Origin: Chloroflexota bacterium
GTDB taxonomy: Bacteria > Chloroflexota > Anaerolineae > UBA1429
Length of the DNA: 64,000 bases
Direction of reading: 5' to 3'
Assembly: GCA_034722245.1 (NCBI GenBank)
Contig: JAYENT010000019.1
Span: 10,425-74,424, forward strand
The notes below the pieces were generated by a model. It was not told the origin of the DNA, ran no database searches, and saw only the letters and a list, made by a program, of their open reading frames with translations. This document shows, piece by piece, positions 39,060 to 49,223 of the stretch (positions are counted from its first letter, which is position 1; the number at the start of each line of letters is the position of its first letter). Both the position numbers and the translations under genes were made by a program.

Positions 39060-39575
39060 CTAACCTTTCTCCCCCTGAGGAACCATCTCCAACGCTTTCT
39101 TCTCGATCTCTTCCATGGCTTCCTCTCTATCGATGTTGGCCGCCAGAGCGAGTTCGCCCGCAAGCATCTCCTTGCCCTGTTCCAGAAATCTACGATCCGT
39201 GGTACCCAGCGAACGGTGCATGCTCATAGCAAACAATTCGCGCACAACCTTTACTACCTCCGCAAACTGTCCCGACCTGAGTCGCTCGGTCATAGTAGCC
39301 TTGCGGGCGCGAAAGTCGGTCTCTACCTCGTCCTCAGAGGGATGCTTGGTGAGAACGGAAAGCATCTCGCGTAACCTGGAAGCCTCTCCCACCCGTCGCA
39401 GGCCGACACGCTCCGCGTCATCCACGGGCACCATCAGACGCATCTCCCTGGGGCTTGGGACGGTGTCTATCACGTAATAAAAGTTGGTTGAATCACCAAT
39501 GCTCTTCTCTTGGATACGCACTATGGTGCCCGCCCCGTGGTAAGGATGAACCACTTTACTTCCAACGGCATACAT
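39060..39575 (-). CDS. carD: CarD-family RNA polymerase-binding transcription regulator (CdnL)
   Basis: N-terminal RNAP-interacting (TRCF-like) domain VGSKVVHPYHGAGTIVRI. Confidence 0.85.
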   Translation of the reverse strand: MYAVGSKVVHPYHGAGTIVRIQEKSIGDSTNFYYVIDTVPSPREMRLMVPVDDAERVGLRRVGEASRLREMLSVLTKHPSEDEVETDFRARKATMTERLRSGQFAEVVKVVRELFAMSMHRSLGTTDRRFLEQGKEMLAGELALAANIDREEAMEEIEKKALEMVPQGEKG

Positions 39576-39745
39576 AGAGCCCCTCCTTCAAAAACGCCGA
39601 CTCGACGGGAATGTCAGCCATGCCTCACAAGCCGGAATCTCCGCCAACGCCCGAAACGCCGTGCAGACGCCGCCCAGCCCTCGCTCATAACCCCCACTGC
39701 CTTTTGGAGCAGAGATGCTGGCCACGGTGCAGCATCAAGCCCTCC

Positions 39746-40177
39746 CTATGACGCCTCTTCAGCAGAAGCCACGTCGCGGTACACAAGGCGGGTTTTGATG
39801 GGGAGTTTTTGACTTGCCAGCCACAGAGCTCTCTCGGCGACCCCCTTCTCAACACCACCGACTTCGAAGATGATGCGGCCCGGCTTAACCACGGCCACAT
39901 AGTGATCCACATCGCCCTTGCCACTTCCCTGACGGGTCTCTGCTGGCTTTTGGGTCACCGGCTTGTCAGGGAAAATGCGAACCCAAAGCTGACCTCTGCG
40001 CCTCATATGGCGAACGATAGCACGCCGCGCGGCCTCGATCTGCCGGCTGGTTATCCAAGCGGGCTCCAGCGCCTTCAGGCCATAATCGCCAAAGGTGACC
40101 TCGTATCCTCGAGAGGCCTTGCCCTTCATACGCCCACGGTGATGTTTCGGATATTTTAACCTTGTTGGCATTAACAT
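39746..40177 (-). CDS. rplP: 50S ribosomal protein L16
   Basis: [24 protein letters not shown]...[13 protein letters not shown]...[22 protein letters not shown]. Confidence 0.9.
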   Translation of the reverse strand: MLMPTRLKYPKHHRGRMKGKASRGYEVTFGDYGLKALEPAWITSRQIEAARRAIVRHMRRRGQLWVRIFPDKPVTQKPAETRQGSGKGDVDHYVAVVKPGRIIFEVGGVEKGVAERALWLASQKLPIKTRLVYRDVASAEEAS

Positions 40178-40193
40178 TTACAGAGAACTCCCC

Positions 40194-40856
40194 TTACATA
40201 GCTGCCGACTCTTCCATTGTCGGCAGAATATCCCCGTGATAGATCCAAACTTTGATGCCTATGTGCCCAAACGCGGTCACAGCCTCCTCCCGAGCAAAGT
40301 CGATCTCGGCCCTCAAAGTGTGCAAGGGCACACGCCCCTCATGTGTCCATTCCCGACGGGACATCTCAGTGCCCCCCAGGCGGCCTTTGCAGGCCACCTT
40401 AGCACCCTCCGCGCCCGCCCGCATGGCTGTTGACACGGCGCGGCGCATCGCGCGCCTATAAGAGACCCGCCGCTCTATCTGATCGGCAATGTTCTCTGCC
40501 ACAACGTGGGCATCCGTTTCGGGATTTTCTATCTCTTGCACATCAAGCCTCAGATTGCTGCCCGTTACCCCCGTCAAGTCCTCAAGCTTTGCCTTAAGAG
40601 CTTTTACCGTAGATCCTTGACGCCCAATGACCACACCCGGCTTGGCGGTCTGTATCTGTATCACGATACGCTTTGGGAACCGCTCAATCTGTATGCGGGA
40701 AATGCCCGCGCGCCCCACTTCATTATGAATAAGGTCGCGGATATCCTTATCCTCTTTGATCCATCGGGCGTACTCTTCACCTTCCGCATACCAGTTCGAC
40801 CGCCATTCCTCATTAATGCCAAGCCTGAATCCAATGGGATGAACTTTACGTCCCAA
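40194..40856 (-). CDS. rpsC: 30S ribosomal protein S3
   Basis: MGRKVHPIGFRLGI...; KH domain; C-terminal GRLGGTEMSRREWTHEGRVPLHTLRAEIDF. Confidence 0.9.
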   Translation of the reverse strand: MGRKVHPIGFRLGINEEWRSNWYAEGEEYARWIKEDKDIRDLIHNEVGRAGISRIQIERFPKRIVIQIQTAKPGVVIGRQGSTVKALKAKLEDLTGVTGSNLRLDVQEIENPETDAHVVAENIADQIERRVSYRRAMRRAVSTAMRAGAEGAKVACKGRLGGTEMSRREWTHEGRVPLHTLRAEIDFAREEAVTAFGHIGIKVWIYHGDILPTMEESAAM

Positions 40857-40959
40857 AATGCCCTCCTGCCAGAACTCTTGTAAAAGATAGCACCCTCACT
40901 CGCTCTCCCTCATTGACACGCGAATCAAAACACTGTCCGATCAAATTGTCTAATAGCAT

Positions 40960-41166
40960 CTACCAACGACGATTCTCCATCTTGCGCGTCGTCTTGCGGC
41001 TCTTTCTCAGCTTCCTCGCCGCTCTCCGCTTACGCTCCTGCGAAGGCTTCTCATAGAAGCGACGACGCCGAACGGTGGAGAGTATTCTCTCGCGTTGAAC
41101 AGACTTGCGAAACCGCTTCAATAATCCTTCGATCGACTCACCATCTCGTCGAACAACACTTGCCAT
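40960..41166 (-). CDS. rpsU: 30S ribosomal protein S21
   Basis: Start ATG 41166 (RBS AAAGGAGGG). GLLKRFRK...RRRRFYEKPSQERKRRAARKLRKSRK. Confidence 0.85.
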   Translation of the reverse strand: MASVVRRDGESIEGLLKRFRKSVQRERILSTVRRRRFYEKPSQERKRRAARKLRKSRKTTRKMENRRW

Positions 41167-41504
41167 ACTAGCGGATCTTCCCTCCTTTCCAATGCCTCCA
41201 CTCTGTGCACTGACCAATACCACCTACACATAACCAATCCAGCCAGCTCTCAGAGTGCAATCACCCATCATCGCAGAAAAAGAGATAGCGATTGAGAGCT
41301 GACATCCTCTCTAAAATCGCCATCAGAAGCAAGAACCCACCACAGGTTCTACTATCAGATTCTTCTGCTCTCGCTCCTGATCTTACCCTACACTAAGGAG
41401 AGCACAAGACCGACTACGCCCTGCGCAAAACACGCACAAGAACGTGAAAAATAGTATAACAGTACGTGCCATATCATGCAAATCGAGAAACAGAGGGGGT
41501 GTCA

Positions 41505-41771
41505 AAAGAACACAGCCATTACTTTAGTGATCTCCGCATCGGTAATGGTGGTAAAGTCAGTGCCTTTGGGGAAGTATTGGCGAATCAGCTCGCTCATATT
41601 TTCGTTCGCCCGCCCCTCCCGGGAGGCGGGCTAAATGCGCCGTTTGACTTTACGGCGACGACGGGCCAACGCTTTACGATGGGCTTGCACGGGACGATAG
41701 CCGCGCTGGCCGCGATTACGACGCAATTCCCGGCCGATCATCGATTTGGTGTCCCCCGATAAGATCAGCCA
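41505..41771 (-). mobile_element. Remnant of an IS30-family transposase with the catalytic core deleted (N-terminal HTH fragment fused near a C-terminal fragment)
   Basis: Minus-strand translations: ...IIGRELRRNRGQRGYRPVQAHRKALARRRR (the IS30 N-terminal signature) and MSELIRQYFPKGTDFTTITDAEI (the IS30 C-terminal signature). They are separated by the GC-rich palindrome GCCCGCCCCTCCCGGGAGGCGGGC (41607-41630). No DDE core. Confidence 0.55.
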
Positions 41772-42092
41772 TCTCCCATTGAGAGCGTCCATCTCCCTTG
41801 AGAGCATAACCCTGGTATCTTAGCCTGGGGAATCTGTTTGTAGGTTCTCATAGATGCTCCTTTTGATACTTTTGTATGACCGTATCGTTATTGACATATA
41901 AAAGTATCAAATGACTGGGTGGTCTGAAAGGTAACCCCTATCCTACCACAGCTTACCTTTCTCTCCACCTTTCATCGTTGCACTTATGAGTTGAATCTGG
42001 CTCCATGAAACACTACGGACGCTGGTCAAACGTGCCGAATTGTGGTATGCTGAAAGCAACACTCGATTGAATACGAGCAAAGGAGTATGCTC

Positions 42093-43418
42093 ATGGCAAA
42101 GATCGCCTTTATCGGAGCGGGCAGCTTTGGTTTCACACGCAAACTGGTGAAGGATATCCTCACCTTTCCCCTGCTTGAGGACGCCACCCTGGCCCTCATG
42201 GATATCGATGCGGAGCGGCTGGACTATATCCACCAGGCCGTGGAACGCATCATCGACGAGGGGGACTATGCTGCCCAGGTGGAGACCACCATGGATCGCA
42301 CAGAGGCCCTGGAGGACGCCGACGCCGTGATCTGCACCATCCTGGCCGGTGGCGTACCCGTCTGGCGCTATGACATCGAGATCCCCAAGAAATACGGCGT
42401 GGACATCAACGTGGGAGACACACGAGGGCCGGCGGGCATCTTTCGCGCCCTCCGCACCATCCCCGTGATGCTGGACATCTGCCACGACATGGAGCAATAC
42501 TGCCCCGATGCCATCCTCCTCAACTATTCGAATCCCATGGCCATGCTCTGCCGCGCCATGCAAAAGGAGACGGATATCAAGGTCAGCGGCCTCTGCCACA
42601 GTGTGCAGGGCACGGCGGCCATGCTCGCCCGCTGGATCGGGGCGCCCATTGAGGAGATCGATTACCTCAGCGCGGGCATCAACCACCAATCGTTCTACCT
42701 CAAATACGAATGGAACGGCGAGGACGCCTATCCTCTGATCCGCGAGGCAGTTGAGAAACCCGAGATCTATCAGGAAGAGATCGTGCGCAACGAGATGTTC
42801 AAACATTTGGGCTATTACAGCACAGAGTCCAGCGGGCACAATTCGGAGTATAACTGGTGGTTCCGCAAACGGCCCGATCTGATCGAAAAGTACTGCACCC
42901 ACGGCACCGGGTGGAACCCGGGCAAGTACGCCTACATCCTGGACAGCTATCTGGAGCGCGAGGACACCTGGCGGGATTCGATCAAGGAATGGCTCGAGGA
43001 CGAGGAGCCGCTCAACTTGGAGCGTGGCCACGAGTACGCCGCTTACATCATTAACGCCTATATGGGTGGGGAACCCTACAAGTTCAACGGAAACGTGGCC
43101 AACAAGGGCCTGATCGACAATGTGCCAGAGGATGCCTGCGTGGAGGTGCCCGTCTATGCCGACAGGAGCGGCTTCAATCCCATTCATGTTGGCTCGCTGC
43201 CACCGCAATGCGCAGCCCTGGTCAATGCCAACGTGGCCTCGGAGGAGATGGCTGTGGAGGGCTGTCTGAACGGCGATCCCACCCGCGTTTTCCATGCCAT
43301 CGCCTACGATCCCTTGACCGCCTCGGTGCTCTCCCTGGCCGAGATCAAGCGCATGGTCAACGAGATGTTCGCGCAGAACAAGGACTACTTGCCCACCTTT
43401 GAGCATTACGAGGCCTAA
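42093..43418 (+). CDS. Glycoside hydrolase family 4 (NAD+/Mn2+-dependent alpha-glucosidase / alpha-galactosidase)
   Basis: KIAFIGAGS Rossmann N-terminus; the GH4 signature around CHSVQGTA; RBS AAAGGAG. Confidence 0.85.
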   Translation: MAKIAFIGAGSFGFTRKLVKDILTFPLLEDATLALMDIDAERLDYIHQAVERIIDEGDYAAQVETTMDRTEALEDADAVICTILAGGVPVWRYDIEIPKKYGVDINVGDTRGPAGIFRALRTIPVMLDICHDMEQYCPDAILLNYSNPMAMLCRAMQKETDIKVSGLCHSVQGTAAMLARWIGAPIEEIDYLSAGINHQSFYLKYEWNGEDAYPLIREAVEKPEIYQEEIVRNEMFKHLGYYSTESSGHNSEYNWWFRKRPDLIEKYCTHGTGWNPGKYAYILDSYLEREDTWRDSIKEWLEDEEPLNLERGHEYAAYIINAYMGGEPYKFNGNVANKGLIDNVPEDACVEVPVYADRSGFNPIHVGSLPPQCAALVNANVASEEMAVEGCLNGDPTRVFHAIAYDPLTASVLSLAEIKRMVNEMFAQNKDYLPTFEHYEA

Positions 43419-43619
43419 TCCTGTGCTGTGATTTCGAGGAAAACAAGACTTCCGGAGTCTTGAATCTACCTTAAAGAGCTCCTCGGTCTGAGAAGCATCT
43501 TCCACACAACACCACTGGAGGAGACTTCGGAAGTCTTCTCCAGTTGCTTTCCGAGCACGATTGATGCGGGCCTTTCTTAATGCCATAATACCCCCACATG
43601 GGACAAAAGGAGGACGGAC

Positions 43620-44267
43620 TTGCTACTAGAAACGCTTCGCCAAGAGGTTTGCCGGGGCAATCGCATGTTGCCCGATACAGGATTGGTCACCTGGACCAGT
43701 GGAAATGTGAGCGGGCGCGATCCCGAGACGGGCTATGTGGTGATAAAACCCAGCGGGGTGGCCTACAATGAGATGGAACCCTCGGATATGGTGATCGTCG
43801 ATTTGGAAGGGAACGTCATAGAGGGAGGACTCAAGCCTTCCGTGGATACAGCCACGCACCTCGTCATCTACCGCCACCGCTCCGACGTGCAGGGCATGGT
43901 GCATACCCACTCGCCTTTCGCTACGGCCTTTGCCGCCGTGGGCAAGCCCATACCCGTCTACCTGACGGCCATCGCCGACGAGTTCGGTGGGCCAATCCCA
44001 GTGGGCGCCTATGCCAAGATTGGCGGAGAGGAGATCGGACGGGAGATCCTCCGCTCTATTGGCGACAGCAGGGCCATTCTCCTCAAGAACCACGGCGTCT
44101 TCGCCATCGGCCCCTCGGTGATGGATGCAGTAAAGGCCGCCGTCATGACTGAGGATGTCGCACGTACGGTGTATTACGCGCTACAACTGGGCCAACCGCA
44201 AGAGATCCCCCCAGAAGAAGTGGAACGCGCCCACAGGCAGTACATGGAAAAGTACGGACAGCAGTAA
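43620..44267 (+). CDS. Class II aldolase/adducin-family protein (L-fuculose-1-phosphate aldolase / L-ribulose-5-phosphate 4-epimerase-like)
   Basis: TTG start with RBS AAAGGAGG; zinc-ligand His motif (HTHSPFATAF). Confidence 0.8.
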   Translation: MLLETLRQEVCRGNRMLPDTGLVTWTSGNVSGRDPETGYVVIKPSGVAYNEMEPSDMVIVDLEGNVIEGGLKPSVDTATHLVIYRHRSDVQGMVHTHSPFATAFAAVGKPIPVYLTAIADEFGGPIPVGAYAKIGGEEIGREILRSIGDSRAILLKNHGVFAIGPSVMDAVKAAVMTEDVARTVYYALQLGQPQEIPPEEVERAHRQYMEKYGQQ

Positions 44268-44287
44268 CCCTCGGGAAAGGAACTCTC

Positions 44288-45985
44288 ATGGATCAGGGAC
44301 CCGTAAGGCGCACCGCGCCACGCCAAACGGTACAGGCCAAGTGGCCTGATGGGCGAACGTACGAGGCGCCCGTGGGCACCTCGCTGGCGGCCTTTGTCGA
44401 GGCCGCCCATCCCGAGCCCAAGGCTCCCATTGTCGCCGCCTTTGTCGACGGAAAAGTGAGAGAACTCGACTACAAGATGGAGCGGGACGTATGCGTCACC
44501 CCCATCGACACTTCCACAAATGTGGGGATGAGGATCTATCAGCGTTCTGTCTCCTTCGTGCTCGTGGTGGCCATGCGGGAACTGTTCCCCGAGGCTCACG
44601 TCATCATAGACCACTCGGTGACGTTGGGCGGCTTTTTCTGCCAGGTGGAAGGACGAGGCCCGCTCGACGAGAATGAACTGCAAACGCTTGAGAAAAAGAT
44701 GCGCGAGATCGTAGAGGCCGACGAGCCCATTGGCCAAGAAAGTGTCTCCACGCAAGACGCCATAAAGCTATTCGCGTCCCAGGGATACGACGACAAGGTA
44801 CACCTGCTCACATCCTTGGACAGGGAAAACATCCCCGTCTATACGCTGCGCGGCGTTCGAGACTACTTCTATGGGCGTATGGCCCATAACACAGGTAGTC
44901 TTGCATATTTCAGCCTGGAGCATCATCCGCCAGGATTTATCCTTCGCCTCCCAAACAGACGGAATCCCACCGTTCTGCCCCCATCCCGAGATTATCCCAA
45001 GCTGATGGCTGTCTTTAGAGAATATGGCCATTGGATCAACATCCTGGGCGTTCAGGATATCGGCCTGCTGAACCGGGCGCTGGACGAGCGCATGTTAGAA
45101 CTCATGTTGGTGGCAGAGGCGCTGCACGAAAAGAATATCTCTGACATTGCGGACGCCATCGTGGAAAGGCGCGACACTGTGCGCTTGGTGCTCATCGCCG
45201 GCCCCTCTTCCTCGGGCAAAACCACGTTCGCCCGGCGGCTGGCTGTTCAGCTCATGGTCGGCGAATTGCATCCCTTTGCCCTAGCCCTGGACGACTACTT
45301 TGTGGATCGTGAGGATACCCCCCGCGACGAGAACGGCGAGTACGATTACGAGGCCCTGGAGGCCATCAATCTGGAGCTTTTCAATGCCCAACTCCAGGAT
45401 CTGATGGCGGGGAAGTCGGTGCGCCTGCCTCACTACAACTTTGCGCAGGGCAAGAGCGAATGGGGAGAGGAGATACATCTCCCCGAGGGCAGCATCATCA
45501 TCGTCGAGGGCATTCACGGGCTCAACCCCAGGCTGGTGACGCGCGTGGCACCTGAGGCTGTCTACCGCATCTATGTCTCTGCATTGACACAGTTGAACAT
45601 CGACCACCACAACCGCGTGCCCACCACGGATACTCGTCTCCTCCGGCGTATAGTGCGCGATGCGCGCTACCGGGGGTATTCGGCACAGGGGACCATCGAA
45701 CGCTGGGAGAGCGTCAGACGCGGTGAGGAGCGCAATATCTTTCCCTACCAGGAAAACGCCGACGTCATGTTCAACTCGGCCCTGGTGTACGAGCTCTCCG
45801 TACTGAAGCCCTTTGCTGAGCCCCTCCTGCTGCGCGTACCCGAGGACTCTTTGGAGGGTCTGGAGGCTGCCAGGCTTCTGTCTTTTCTGCAGTGGGTCAA
45901 GCCATCCGATCCGCAACTCGTGCCTGATAACTCGCTGCTTCGCGAGTTCATCGGGGATTCGATATTCCGGGATTTCAGGATATAG
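44288..45985 (+). CDS. Fusion protein: ThrRS-N-terminal-like (TGS + second additional domain-like) region joined to a uridine kinase/phosphoribulokinase-family P-loop kinase
   Basis: An N-terminal ~250 aa TGS/tRNA_SAD-like region, then GPSSSGKTTFARRL Walker A and Udk-like motifs (DDYF, EGIH). Confidence 0.75.
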   Translation: MDQGPVRRTAPRQTVQAKWPDGRTYEAPVGTSLAAFVEAAHPEPKAPIVAAFVDGKVRELDYKMERDVCVTPIDTSTNVGMRIYQRSVSFVLVVAMRELFPEAHVIIDHSVTLGGFFCQVEGRGPLDENELQTLEKKMREIVEADEPIGQESVSTQDAIKLFASQGYDDKVHLLTSLDRENIPVYTLRGVRDYFYGRMAHNTGSLAYFSLEHHPPGFILRLPNRRNPTVLPPSRDYPKLMAVFREYGHWINILGVQDIGLLNRALDERMLELMLVAEALHEKNISDIADAIVERRDTVRLVLIAGPSSSGKTTFARRLAVQLMVGELHPFALALDDYFVDREDTPRDENGEYDYEALEAINLELFNAQLQDLMAGKSVRLPHYNFAQGKSEWGEEIHLPEGSIIIVEGIHGLNPRLVTRVAPEAVYRIYVSALTQLNIDHHNRVPTTDTRLLRRIVRDARYRGYSAQGTIERWESVRRGEERNIFPYQENADVMFNSALVYELSVLKPFAEPLLLRVPEDSLEGLEAARLLSFLQWVKPSDPQLVPDNSLLREFIGDSIFRDFRI

Positions 45986-46006
45986 CAGAAGGCTCAAAAC
46001 CTTTTT

Positions 46007-47209
46007 CTAAAAGAAGATAGCCGGCAAGAACACGTACTCCTTCTCCTGATTCGCTTCCGCTCCCGTGCTGACCGAAAGGTCAAGAGGGATGGTCCTCCCT
46101 CCCTGCCAGACGCCCGTCTCCTCGGCGAATGTGGCTCCGACCTTGAAAGATACCACGTCGCCATCTGACCCGCCCTCTTTTTCGCAGGTGTTGGGATCAT
46201 CCATACCAATGCGCACGCTGTAGCGAGCCGCGCCATCGCGGAACTCTGTGGCAGTCGTGGCATAGGGTGTATCATCTATTAGCGCTGTGACCTCCACCCC
46301 CTGTGCCGCCTTCCCGTCGACGGTCACCGCGCCAAGAAACGAGGCGACAGGGGCCACGTGGTCGTGCATCACCCATCCCTCCCAGGCATCATGTTTCACA
46401 AAATCGTAAGAGAGATAGCAGTAGCCGTCTCGTCCCCAATCGGCTCCCCAAGAGTTGATCGTCTTGAACCCTCCGATGGCATCATCATATCCCACGACGA
46501 GCATGGCATGACCACCGCAAAGCCTTTCACCTGGCTGATGGCGGGGCACCAGGGGATCGCTGTGCGTGACGTCGTAGAAACTGGTGTACACGGGGACACC
46601 GATGGCAAAGGGCTGCCCATCAGCAAGCAAGGATTTGAGCAAGTTTATGTTAACAATTTCCGACCCAGCAAACACATTTTGAAAATCGTCTATACGATAG
46701 ATCTGCGCCTCGCGCTGCAAGGCCGAAGATGGCCGGGTGCAGGTGTCCCTGGGATCATAGGGGAAAGAGGCCAGTGTACCGGCCCCCTTCTGTAGAATTT
46801 GCAGGCCATCGTAGTAGGACATCCCCGCGTCTTGTTCACACTGGCTCGTGTTGCGCTGGTTGTATACCCACGCCGGGCTGAACTGATGCTCCGGGGACGA
46901 GATGTCCCAGCCTCGCTCCTCGTGCTCCTGAAACGTTTTATAGTAATAGCCCAGGGCCCAGCCGACACAGCTCGCCTGGCCCCCCTGACTGCCAGCGGGG
47001 GGCAATCCAGCACTGAGGTCCACCTTGGGAGGCAAGTCCTCCCCGGCCACCGCTAGACGGCTCGCGTCCATGCGAGGGAAATCGCCCTTGGAGCGAACGA
47101 GCCCCAGGCCACCCTCTACCGGAGGATCCCCCGCAACGACGCCGGGGCTGACCAACGCCGAAACGGTTGCCAGGAAAACTATCAATAACAGCCTTTTCAC
47201 GTTTCCCAT
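46007..47209 (-). CDS. Secreted papain-like cysteine peptidase (C1 family) with a C-terminal beta-rich extension
   Basis: Signal peptide. Catalytic triad context QGGQASCVGWA (Cys), GGHAMLVVGYDD (His), NSWGADWGRDGY (Asn). Confidence 0.8.
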   Translation of the reverse strand: MGNVKRLLLIVFLATVSALVSPGVVAGDPPVEGGLGLVRSKGDFPRMDASRLAVAGEDLPPKVDLSAGLPPAGSQGGQASCVGWALGYYYKTFQEHEERGWDISSPEHQFSPAWVYNQRNTSQCEQDAGMSYYDGLQILQKGAGTLASFPYDPRDTCTRPSSALQREAQIYRIDDFQNVFAGSEIVNINLLKSLLADGQPFAIGVPVYTSFYDVTHSDPLVPRHQPGERLCGGHAMLVVGYDDAIGGFKTINSWGADWGRDGYCYLSYDFVKHDAWEGWVMHDHVAPVASFLGAVTVDGKAAQGVEVTALIDDTPYATTATEFRDGAARYSVRIGMDDPNTCEKEGGSDGDVVSFKVGATFAEETGVWQGGRTIPLDLSVSTGAEANQEKEYVFLPAIFF

Positions 47210-47349
47210 CGCTACTCCTGCAGATGTCTTGCTTCCATCTGTCCACAGGGTAGCATGACAAATAGACTTTGAGAGTAAAGGCCCCCTTAAAGTAAAATTA
47301 AGGATAACACAAGCTAACCTAAAGACTGTGTAAAAAAGGCAATCCTTTT

Positions 47350-47385
47350 TACAGAAAAAGCCCCGGAGCTCTTTAGCTCCGGGGC
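47350..47385 (-). terminator. Intrinsic terminator of the DUF4139 gene (minus strand)
   Basis: GCCCCGGAGCT-cttt-AGCTCCGGGGC (perfect 11-bp stem); on the minus strand it is followed by TTTTTCTGTAAAAAGG. Confidence 0.6.
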
Positions 47386-47411
47386 TGCGCTGGCTAGCCG
47401 CTACGTGCGGG

Positions 47412-49043
47412 CTACCATTCGTAACGCACCGTATAGGTGATAGACTTTTCGGCCTCCTCCGCTACGTCAAGCGTGTACTGCATCGTGTTGGCGTCGAGCA
47501 TCTCGTATCCCTCACTGCTCGACAAGACCTCTGCGTCCTGTGCACGGAACAGGTGCTCGATGACGCGTACCGTAACGACCTCCTCCCTTTGGTTGCGCAG
47601 CGTGATGCGATAGCTCTCCTCTATAGTACGCTCTCCCAGCTGTTCAAAGGCGATCTGCGTACGCTCTCCCACCACGTCAAAGGCATTTCCGAGGAAAAGT
47701 GAAAGATCCTCCCCCTCAGGTGTATGGTCGATGGTGTCTTCGCCCACAAACTCAACGCCCCCATCCGCATCCTCTTTATAGACGCGAACCACACCGCCGG
47801 GCAGAGGGATACCCAAGCCGTCTTCCTCCTTGTTAGCGAATTCCAGCAAGACCCGAACCTTCTTATCCGATTCCAACCCGTACGTGGGATCGGTGATGGC
47901 CCTATCGGCAGAGGACAATCGCACCGTCGGGGAGGGTTCGTACACATGGACCTTGTCCACCGCCACGTCCGGCGCGCCCACCAGTTCGATCTGCTTGGTC
48001 TGCCGATCGCGGACCGTGACAGGCCTTTCGATCTGGTACAGATGGTAAGCGAAAAGTCCCCTTTCTTCAACCGTTGGCGCTGACACTGCCTCCGCCATCT
48101 CCTTTTCCACCGCCAAGCTGGGCAATCGGGGCTCCGCGGTGCGATGAACGTCACCCGCCAAGAGTTTCAGTTTCGCATCCTCATAGGTCGCCCCGCTTTG
48201 ATTAGTCAGGGTTGCCCATCCGATTATGGAAAGCGCCTCATCATCTGCCACCAGCGTGGCGATATAATCGGCCTGCCAGCTGATACCGTTGGTCAAGTAG
48301 GTTATGAGGACATCCTGCTCGCCTGCCGCCGAAGCCCTGACGAGCCACATAAGGGTGGGTTTCGTGATCAACCCCTCTGACAGCGCGGGGAAGGTAAATT
48401 CTTGTACCTGGGACATCCTTACCACCTTGATAGCTTCCTCTGAGGCAAGCATGATATCGTCCACTCCCGAAAGCAAGGTGCCGGTATAGACGCTCCCCTC
48501 TGCGGTGCGCACGCTGATCTCCTGCTCGACGTACTTGAGCAAAAGGTCGCGGGTGCTACCCAGATCGTACATATAATTCTGCTCCAGCACCGTGGTGCCC
48601 TCGGGGTCGGTGAGGGAAACAAAATGCACGCTCGTAGGCTGGATCTGGGAGGCAACCCCGGTGTAGCGCACCACATTCTCCCCCTCCTCCAGGCCAAACG
48701 TGCGCACCTCTTTGACCAGCCCCAGGTTCTGATTGTAGACCGTCAACTCCACGCCATGCTCCTGATCCGCCTCCGTGGCCGCAACCGCACCCTGCGCTCC
48801 CTCATCGCCCTCCGTTTCCGTCGTAACCGCTGTCGGGGAGAGGGGCACGGTAGGCGACACGAGCACCCCCTCTGTAACCGTGGATGAAGGAGAGAGCGTG
48901 GCCGTGATAGCCGCCGTCGCCACCTCTATCTCCTCCTCCGCCGTGGGCGTCTGCTCCTGCGCCAGACCAGCTATGGTCACTGCCAACATCAAACTCAATA
49001 CCAGGACGAGCAAACCGGCGTATCGCCATCTAATCTTTCCCAT
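47412..49043 (-). CDS. DUF4139-domain secreted protein (TIGR02231-like)
   Basis: Signal peptide and an N-terminal T/A/E-rich linker, then the conserved DUF4139/DUF4140 architecture. Confidence 0.7.
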   Translation of the reverse strand: MGKIRWRYAGLLVLVLSLMLAVTIAGLAQEQTPTAEEEIEVATAAITATLSPSSTVTEGVLVSPTVPLSPTAVTTETEGDEGAQGAVAATEADQEHGVELTVYNQNLGLVKEVRTFGLEEGENVVRYTGVASQIQPTSVHFVSLTDPEGTTVLEQNYMYDLGSTRDLLLKYVEQEISVRTAEGSVYTGTLLSGVDDIMLASEEAIKVVRMSQVQEFTFPALSEGLITKPTLMWLVRASAAGEQDVLITYLTNGISWQADYIATLVADDEALSIIGWATLTNQSGATYEDAKLKLLAGDVHRTAEPRLPSLAVEKEMAEAVSAPTVEERGLFAYHLYQIERPVTVRDRQTKQIELVGAPDVAVDKVHVYEPSPTVRLSSADRAITDPTYGLESDKKVRVLLEFANKEEDGLGIPLPGGVVRVYKEDADGGVEFVGEDTIDHTPEGEDLSLFLGNAFDVVGERTQIAFEQLGERTIEESYRITLRNQREEVVTVRVIEHLFRAQDAEVLSSSEGYEMLDANTMQYTLDVAEEAEKSITYTVRYEW

Positions 49044-49223
49044 CGCCTGCCTCCTTGACTACTATGCCACCATCTACATGCCACAACAGTTTCCGCTGTG
49101 AAATGGGGATGTTGTCCATGAAAACGCCAAGCCCTCGCTCTCACTTCATGATCCACAACCGCATTATATGCCCTAGCGCGCCATCTCGCAACATGGCTTA
49201 CGTTCAAAAAACTATGCGGCTTC

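Noticed and set aside
41466-41762. Plus-strand ORF 41466-41762.
   Set aside because: It lies antisense to the IS30-remnant fragments, which give specific transposase signatures on the minus strand.
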